64,000 nt of DNA, from the NCBI GenBank assembly GCA_026414165.1, contig JAOAJN010000007.1, positions 7,391 to 71,390 of the forward strand. Reading direction: 5' to 3'. The DNA comes from Candidatus Methanomethylicaceae archaeon (GTDB lineage Archaea > Thermoproteota > Methanomethylicia > Methanomethylicales > Methanomethylicaceae). The stretch's first letter is position 1, and every line of letters begins with the position of its first letter. The notes under the pieces are model-generated. The model was not told where the DNA came from. It was given only the letters and a program-made list of their open reading frames with translations, and did not search any database. Shown here in pieces: positions 57,756 through 64,000 of this stretch. The translations under genes were made by a program, and so were the position numbers.

Positions 57756-58643
57756 TTATGAGCCCTTCATTGCCAACATCGCTGCGAACTCCTCAAATGT
57801 TAGGCGTTCCCCATTTTTAATTTTTTCAGAGGCTCTCTCAGCAAGTTCCGAGCGCTTGTTTATTATCTGTCGAGTCTGTTCTGCTAATAATTCGATTTTT
57901 TGCTTCATAGCAGATTCCCTGGCTTCTTTGTATTTCGATTCCAATTCAAAGAGCTCTTTTTTCGATGATTCAATTGTGCCTTTTATCGATGCGATCTCTG
58001 CCTTAATCTGCTCAAGTTCAGATGAGAGAGGCTTACAGTCCTCCAGCGACTTAATCATGGACTCGTGATGCGCCTTTGATTCCTCTGCGAGGGAGATTAT
58101 CTCTTTGTGGACTAGATCGGCCTTCATCCTCAATTCATCGGATGATGCTTTAAGCGAGTTGATTTCCTGATCCAGCTCCTTGGCACGTTTGAAGACCATT
58201 AGCTTCTTCTCCAGTTCTGACCTCCTTTGTAGGAGTCGCCTCTCCTCTTCCAAGGAGAAAGGTGTAGTCTGATACTTCCAATCGATCTCCTTGAGTTGCC
58301 TCAAGAGATCGGACTCACTCTCCCTCACGGAGGAGAGTAGGTCTCGCTTCTTTGAAATCAAATCCTTGATCTTTTGGGAAAGATCGTTCTTCTCTTTGTG
58401 AAGTTGGTCTCTGAGAGACTTCTTTTCGGCTATAAGTTTGTTCTTCTCATCCCGCATATTTTTGTGATTCAGTGCGGCCTCTCTTAGGCTCTTGAGTTTA
58501 TCGATTATCTCGGATTTTTTCCCTCGAAGTTCATCCAGTCTCTTGTAATGAGCGTCTATACTATCTCTGATCAGCTTAATCTGCCTTGATAGGTCACCGA
58601 GGTTTAGGTTTTCCATCAGCCTCACCAGTCGATCACTAGACAT
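57756..58643 (-). CDS. archaeal coiled-coil protein (COG1340-like)
   Basis: 295 aa with almost continuous heptad-type E/K/L-rich sequence. Overlaps the GPN GTPase gene by 8 nt. Confidence 0.55.
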   Translation of the reverse strand: MSSDRLVRLMENLNLGDLSRQIKLIRDSIDAHYKRLDELRGKKSEIIDKLKSLREAALNHKNMRDEKNKLIAEKKSLRDQLHKEKNDLSQKIKDLISKKRDLLSSVRESESDLLRQLKEIDWKYQTTPFSLEEERRLLQRRSELEKKLMVFKRAKELDQEINSLKASSDELRMKADLVHKEIISLAEESKAHHESMIKSLEDCKPLSSELEQIKAEIASIKGTIESSKKELFELESKYKEARESAMKQKIELLAEQTRQIINKRSELAERASEKIKNGERLTFEEFAAMLAMKGS

Positions 58644-59391
58644 CTATTCCTCCTGTGTGTATGCGTTGAAGTTGGGCATAGAGATCGTCTAATCCGTCTC
58701 CTGTATTGGAAGAGATAAATATAAACTCTCCTAAGGCACCGATGTCAAGTAATGAGTCAAGGATCCTCTCTGAGATCTCAGTCTTCAAATCTGCGGTCTC
58801 TGAGAGAAAAGCATCTTTGAGAGTGATAGAATCCGAGGACCAAAGCTTGGCTTTTTCAAGAATTTCCTCTGAGATAAGATCGATTTTTGAGACGCAGTTA
58901 ACTTGCGGCGCACGAAATCTAACATGGACTGAATACGAGAGGAGTAACATAGAGACAAAGTCGGATGGTTTATTTAAGAAGATGTGGTCTGTGAGGAATA
59001 TTATTGAAAAGTTGCCTCCAGACAGGGCAGAAGCTATGAAAGTGCCAGAGTCTCGGTATGCGAAGAGCTCCATCTGTCCAGGTGTGTCCACGAGTACGTA
59101 ATCAGGTTCCAACCCTTCCAGCTCGCCCTTCATCTCGTAGACATGGTTAACCGCAGCGTCTACACATGCAACCAAAGCACCATTTGGACCCAACCGATAA
59201 TCCTCGATCATGCGGTCGTAGTTCACGTAGTCTCGGATGTCAACTTCTGGGCTGTAGGGAAGCCACTTGACCCCCGGGTCTAAGTTCACGGTAGCAACAT
59301 TTATCTCGGAGGTCCTTAGCCTGTCGGCTAGGGCGGATGTTAGGGCAGACTTTCCTGAACCAGCGGTTCCCATTATATAGACAAAGTTCAT
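58636..59391 (-). CDS. GPN-loop GTPase
   Basis: GTAGSGKS P-loop, LGPNGALV GPN motif, DTPGQMELF. Confidence 0.85.
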   Translation of the reverse strand: MNFVYIMGTAGSGKSALTSALADRLRTSEINVATVNLDPGVKWLPYSPEVDIRDYVNYDRMIEDYRLGPNGALVACVDAAVNHVYEMKGELEGLEPDYVLVDTPGQMELFAYRDSGTFIASALSGGNFSIIFLTDHIFLNKPSDFVSMLLLSYSVHVRFRAPQVNCVSKIDLISEEILEKAKLWSSDSITLKDAFLSETADLKTEISERILDSLLDIGALGEFIFISSNTGDGLDDLYAQLQRIHTGGIDV

Positions 59392-60188
59392 TTTTGAGTC
59401 CCCTTTATCCTTCCACCAACCTTTAGGACATATTTTGTGAAAGAATCCTCCGCTCTAGAGAGCAAAGAGTCCATCTCATCAAAATTCTCTCCGATTATAG
59501 ATAGGTGAATCTTCAGGGTTGGAGAAGGCTCTCTGCCAGCAGGGTGGGATTTCAGGTAAACACCTCCGCTGTGGGGCAGCCACTCTTCTATTAAAGGGGC
59601 GAGTGATGATTCGGGTATCCCCTCGATGATAAGTACCCTCTCTAAGAACATCTTCCTAGGCACTTTTTCAAGTAATTTATTCAAGACCTGTGAACTGAAC
59701 ATTTCCATCATCTCGGAGGGCACACCGGGTAGGGAAAAGATCGTCGTGTCCTTGTATTTAATCATCATTCCTGGGGCCGTGCCCAAATTATTCAATAATG
59801 GCTTTGCCCCTTCCAATAACACAGCCATCTTGTATCTAGAGGGCGTCATCTCAAGACCCATTGAACGATATTTCCTCTCGACCTGTTCCAGCGCCTCAGG
59901 ATTAAGGGCTTTTGGTATCTTTAATGCGGAGGCGATGCCCTCTACGGTGAGGTCGTCATATGTTGGTCCAAGCCCTCCAGTCGTGATGAGTATTGAGGGG
60001 GACCTAGCAAGCGATTCTGAAACTGCCCGTGAGATCTCATAAACACTGTCCCCGACTATTGAGATCCTTGAGACTTCTATGCCAACAGATATTAATTGAG
60101 AAGAGATCCAAACGGCGTTTGTGTTTTGTGTCCTTCCAATAAGCAACTCTCTGCCTATGCTGATGATCTCTGAGATGATCATATACAC
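59388..60188 (-). CDS. CinA-like MoCF-binding domain protein (COG1058)
   Basis: EIISIGRELLIGRTQNTNAVWISSQL, ILITTGGLGPTYDDLT, SLPGVPSEM. Confidence 0.7.
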   Translation of the reverse strand: MYMIISEIISIGRELLIGRTQNTNAVWISSQLISVGIEVSRISIVGDSVYEISRAVSESLARSPSILITTGGLGPTYDDLTVEGIASALKIPKALNPEALEQVERKYRSMGLEMTPSRYKMAVLLEGAKPLLNNLGTAPGMMIKYKDTTIFSLPGVPSEMMEMFSSQVLNKLLEKVPRKMFLERVLIIEGIPESSLAPLIEEWLPHSGGVYLKSHPAGREPSPTLKIHLSIIGENFDEMDSLLSRAEDSFTKYVLKVGGRIKGTQK

Positions 60189-60366
60189 CTGCCTATTCTT
60201 TATCTACTTTTTATTTTCTACTTTTTTCTTTGTTATGTGTTCTACTTTCCACTTTCTATTTTATTTTCTCAAGTCTTTGGTTTTCTTTCTTACGCCTTAC
60301 GTCTTTTTCCTACATTCTACCTTTAGCACTCTGCTTTTAAGCTCTTATCGTCTTTTTTTAAATTTC
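60189..60366. repeat. about 178-bp pyrimidine-rich (T/C) low-complexity tract with recurring tctac/ctttt units
   Basis: Read directly from the sequence. The plus strand is almost devoid of purine runs, so the minus strand (sense for the CinA-like gene) is polypurine. Confidence 0.6.
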
Positions 60367-60564
60367 TTATTTCTTTGTGGACCACCACTTGAGGTACTCC
60401 TTTCTTAGTCTTTCTTTTTCATCTTCGACCGTGGCGGCAGCATATTTTGACTTAATCTCGTCGATCTCATCTCTAGTGAGTGACAGACCACAACTTAGGC
60501 AGACGTACCTCCTTTGAGAAGGCTCGAACTTTAATTCCCCTCCACACTCAGGGCATACTACCAT
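60367..60564 (-). CDS. small zinc-ribbon protein
   Basis: CPECGGEL...CLSCGLSL four-Cys ribbon, then a charged helix; 65 aa. Confidence 0.5.
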   Translation of the reverse strand: MVVCPECGGELKFEPSQRRYVCLSCGLSLTRDEIDEIKSKYAAATVEDEKERLRKEYLKWWSTKK

Positions 60565-60637
60565 AAAATCTTCAAACTCCTATACTCTACTTAGGTTAGT
60601 TAATACTAATAAGGATAGTTTCGAAAGTGTATGAGGC

Positions 60638-61593
60638 TTATGTTATCACGTTGGTTAGTCCTAAAGAGTCCGCCATTTGAAGGGCGAGCTTCCATTCCGA
60701 ATGGCTAAGGCGCCTTGTTATCTCGGGAACCTCCCTAGCTCTCCAATGTGGGGTATACTGATCCATGAGGTTAACGCGCGTGTCTCTGCCTAGTTCTTTT
60801 GCTATGAACCCCAAGATCCTAGAGAGGCAGCACTCAAGATGATTTGGGAGGACCAGTATACGTATGAGCAGTTCGCCATGCTTTTTTGCCAATTTCAGGT
60901 TTCTGGTGAGAACCTCCCAGTATCTGGGGGCGTCAGATATGCGTTCGGCACATCGGTCGTTGCCGTACTTGAAGTCTATTTTATATATGTCGACAACTCC
61001 CCTAAGAAGCTCCGAAGATTCGAGAGAGTAGTGACCGTTGGTGTTGAAGAATACAGGCATGTTCTCCTTTTCGTAGAGGAGGACTCTCAGCCAGAATGGT
61101 ATATGTGGGATAGGGTCTCCGCCAACCCAGTTCTGATTCCTGCAGCCCCTCCTCCTAGCGTCGTCTATCAGGAGGGCCAGCTCCTTCTCTGAGTAAAGGT
61201 CTCCTTGCTCTATCTGCTGGCTTATGCCCCAGTTCTGGCAGTGGAGGCACCTGAAATTGCATCCCAGGCTAATTCGGCCGACTTTTGGTCGTATACCGTA
61301 AAGCTGGGAACGATCTCAGGTTCCTCCCCCATATGGTCAAAGTAAGAAGACACATACATCTCCTTACCGACTCTGCAGTACCCGAGTTCACCATGTAACC
61401 TATCCTTCATACACCTGCGCTCACAAAGGACGCAACTTTCCATAAGCTTATGCGCAATAGTGGATTTTAGGTGGAGGAGAGATGACTTCGGGACTTCAAG
61501 ATCAGAGTAGCAGACTTTACCTTCATCGAGAGACCTCTCCACTTCAGATTCTTTTTCCAGAGCTTCGCCGTGCAATCTCCAAAGTTCGTCCAT
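60638..61593 (-). pseudogene. PflX-like radical SAM activase, interrupted by a frame change (-1) near 61282-61287
   Basis: ORF 61222..61593 carries CVLCERRCMKDRLHGELGYCRV...HMGEEPEI. The CxxxCxxC motif (GCNFRCLHCQNW, 61238-61261) and the rest (ORF 60638..61060 extended upstream) lie in the -1 frame. The two frames are both open only between 61225 and 61315. Confidence 0.6.
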
Positions 61594-61769
61594 GGGCGAG
61601 TCCTCTGAGAACTCGACTGGGACGATTCGGGAAATCCTGAATTTTGCTACGCTTTTGTTCTTAACTATGCTGACGTACCTAGGGAGGGAAGATAGAACCT
61701 TGGGATCTTCCAGAGCAGATGCGGCATCTGGTCTCAGGAAGTACCAGATATAGTATCACCTCCTCTCAA

Positions 61770-62777
61770 TCAAATAATAATATTGATTTCTTCACCACAA
61801 AAAGCGCATCTTTTACCTTTCAGCCGAACCGATGTGACGTCGAAACCGAATCGCTCTATCAATACTTTATTGCACCTTGGACAGTAGGTGTGCTCGTATT
61901 TGTGACCCGGGACATTACCAAGGTAAACATATTTGAGGCCCTCGGATTTTGAGATCTTCCATAGCTCCTCCAGAAAGGATACCTGAGGCGGAGCAGCGCT
62001 TGTGTAAAGGTAACTTGGGAAGAAGCGGAGAATGTGGAGCGGGACGGCGTCCCCTAAGTTGTCGATTATCCATCTAATGAGTTTAAGGAAGGCGTTCTTT
62101 GAATCTCCTCCGCCCGTAACAATCAGGTTTGTTATCTCTATGAAGATCTTCTTCTGCTTCATTTCCAAGAGGGACTGGTAAATGGGCTCTGTATTGGTGA
62201 CTTTGCAGAAAGATCTGTAGAAGTCGGGATCTCCGCTACCCTTGAAGTCCACGGTCGCCGCATCGAGGTAGCCGTCAATGACATCTACAGCCTCAGGGGT
62301 CATGTAGCCGTTGGTCACGAAGGTATTGTAGATATTCTCTCTGTGGGCAATTCTCGCAGTGTCATAGGCATACTCGAAGAATATCGTGGGCTCAGTGTAG
62401 GTATAACTGATGGACTGGCATCCAGCACGCTTTGCCATAGAAACTACTTCCTCAGGAGGGAGATCCTCTCCTTTTATTTCACGATCTTGGCTTATGCTCC
62501 AATTGTCGCAGAAGATACACCTGAAATTGCAACCAACAGTTGCGATTGAGAAGGCGATGCTCCCTGGATGAAAGTGGTAGAGCGGCTTCTTCTCAATAGG
62601 GTCTACAGCATAAGATATTGCCTTACCGTAGACAAGTGTGTGAAGGGTGCCTCCCCGGTTCTCACGAACGCCACATAAACCCCTCTTGCCAGATTGAATC
62701 GTGCACCGCCACCCGCAGAGGTTGCACTTAACCGCAGAGTCCAACCTCTCATAGAGCATGGCTTCCAATACAACCAC
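61770..62777 (-). CDS. AmmeMemoRadiSam-type radical SAM enzyme (PflA-like)
   Basis: KCNLCGWRCTIQSGKRGLCGVREN, VGCNFRCIFCDNW, and the C-terminal ribbon CPRCNKVL...CAFCGEE. Confidence 0.75.
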   Translation of the reverse strand: MVVLEAMLYERLDSAVKCNLCGWRCTIQSGKRGLCGVRENRGGTLHTLVYGKAISYAVDPIEKKPLYHFHPGSIAFSIATVGCNFRCIFCDNWSISQDREIKGEDLPPEEVVSMAKRAGCQSISYTYTEPTIFFEYAYDTARIAHRENIYNTFVTNGYMTPEAVDVIDGYLDAATVDFKGSGDPDFYRSFCKVTNTEPIYQSLLEMKQKKIFIEITNLIVTGGGDSKNAFLKLIRWIIDNLGDAVPLHILRFFPSYLYTSAAPPQVSFLEELWKISKSEGLKYVYLGNVPGHKYEHTYCPRCNKVLIERFGFDVTSVRLKGKRCAFCGEEINIII

Positions 62778-62828
62778 TCCATAAAACTCTTAAGAGGAGC
62801 TTAAAGATAAGAGTTTGGAGCGATTTGT

Positions 62829-63704
62829 ATGATAGTCGTACCAGGACCTTCCTCAATAAAACTCGGGCTCAAAGTTGCCGAGATCCTCAGTGTAAGAAGG
62901 GTTGATGTAGAGTACAAGAATTTTCCAGACGGAGAGTCCTATTTAAGGCTTTCAGAAGCAGTGAATGGTGAGGACGTAGTGCTGATACACACGACCTACC
63001 CTCAGCCTGACAAGAGGGTTTTGGAGCTCCTCCTCCTGATAAACACTCTCAAGGACCTTGGAGCTCGCTACGTCAAGGCGGTGGTACCTTATATGGCATA
63101 TGCCAGACAAGACAGCAGATTCAGAGAGGGGGAGGCTATAAGCATCAACACGATATTCAAGCTGATAGAGAGGGCAGGGGCGGACGAGTTCCTCACTGTT
63201 GACATTCATAAGGAATTCTCGCTTAAGGTATTCGGGATCAAGGCAAAGAACATCCCTGCGGCAGAATCGATAGCAGAGTATCTAAAAGACATGGATCTTG
63301 TGAGACCTTACATACTCTCCCCTGACAAGGGCGCACTCAAGATAGCCCAGAGTATAGGGGAGAGACTAGGGGCAGAGTACGGTAATTTCGAAAAGACCAG
63401 GGATAGAATAAGTGGAGCCATTACTGTCAAGGGAGAGAGGGTCGAGGCGAAGAACAGAGACATAATCATCGCTGACGATCTAATAAGCACTGGCGGAACC
63501 ATTGCAAGTGCGTCCAAGATAGTAAAAGGGGAGGGTGCGAGGAGGGTGATAGCCGTGTGTACGCATCCGCTTCTGGTCGGAGACGCCCTTTCAAAGATGA
63601 AAGCGGCAGGAGTTGATGAAATTATAGGAACCGACACCATAGAAAGTGAGGTTAGCAGAATCACAGTGGCCAAGCTTATAGCGAAGGAGTTAAGCAAAAG
63701 TTGA
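62829..63704 (+). CDS. prs: ribose-phosphate pyrophosphokinase
   Basis: FPDGESYLR, VPYMAYARQD, DIIIADDLISTGGT. Confidence 0.9.
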   Translation: MIVVPGPSSIKLGLKVAEILSVRRVDVEYKNFPDGESYLRLSEAVNGEDVVLIHTTYPQPDKRVLELLLLINTLKDLGARYVKAVVPYMAYARQDSRFREGEAISINTIFKLIERAGADEFLTVDIHKEFSLKVFGIKAKNIPAAESIAEYLKDMDLVRPYILSPDKGALKIAQSIGERLGAEYGNFEKTRDRISGAITVKGERVEAKNRDIIIADDLISTGGTIASASKIVKGEGARRVIAVCTHPLLVGDALSKMKAAGVDEIIGTDTIESEVSRITVAKLIAKELSKS

Positions 63705-63787
63705 GCAGGGAGAGAAGGGTAATAGTAAAAGGAAAAGAAAAGGAGCCAGAGATGGGAAAGGGAAGAGGAGCAATAGAAGCAAGCACA

Positions 63788-64000
63788 ATGACGAGAATTT
63801 TGCTACTCCTTTCCGGGGAGCACGCCTCCCTCCCCTATTCTGAGGTTTATGCGATACTTGCAAGTGAAGGGGCGGAGTTCATAGAGTTAGAGCGGCACGA
63901 TCAAGTGTTGGTTGTGAAGGGGGATGAACGGGTGGTGAGACACTTGAAGAGAAGGGCAGCCTACGTGATGGAGGGAGGGGCTTTTATAACGTGGTCAAAG
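63788..64000 (+). CDS. tRNA G10 N2-methyltransferase (Trm11/Trm-G10) N-terminal THUMP region, partial (runs off the right edge)
   Basis: Hand-translated: MTRILLLLSGEHASLPYSEVYAILASEGAEFIELERHDQVLVVKG... The LSGEH..LP..E start is typical of this family. Open to the window end. Confidence 0.55.
   Translation, partial: MTRILLLLSGEHASLPYSEVYAILASEGAEFIELERHDQVLVVKGDERVVRHLKRRAAYVMEGGAFITWSK

Overview
This is a densely packed archaeal chromosomal segment with about 85 protein genes. I found no rRNA, tRNA, CRISPR array or recognisable mobile element. The archaeal assignment rests on A1Ao ATP synthase subunits, fibrillarin/Nop5, TFB, Gar1, SRP19, Alba, an Sm-like protein, eS8/eS30, archaeal-type SAM synthetase, EndoQ, a GPN-loop GTPase and Trm1/TrmI/Trm11. 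A TFE-beta-like gene hints at a TACK-type lineage, but I cannot name the organism.

Three blocks stand out.
1. At 3574-6072, one ORF fuses an aldehyde:ferredoxin oxidoreductase (AOR-family) enzyme in frame to a 3-hexulose-6-phosphate synthase domain. A MoaD-like gene lies next to it.
2. At 29414-39337, a tightly overlapping operon of 18 genes on the minus strand encodes a membrane-bound group-4 [NiFe] hydrogenase. It combines a full Mrp antiporter module with three polyferredoxins plus a NuoI-like protein (16 predicted [4Fe-4S] clusters). I could not recognise a NuoC-like subunit.
3. That operon runs, after a 19-nt spacer, straight into atpF-E-A-B-D-K-I on the same strand. atpH and atpC sit on the opposite strand and converge on atpI.

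Other points:
- A hand-found eS30 gene is missing from the ORF track.
- A PflX-like radical SAM gene is frameshifted and sits beside an intact AmmeMemoRadiSam-type paralogue.
- An uncharacterised 268-aa protein is translationally coupled to sufC.
- There is a candidate C/D box sRNA and a 41-codon ORF inside the ATPase operon.
- Several intergenic spacers are built from 6- or 12-nt degenerate tandem repeats.

All family calls come from motif recognition by eye. No database search was run.
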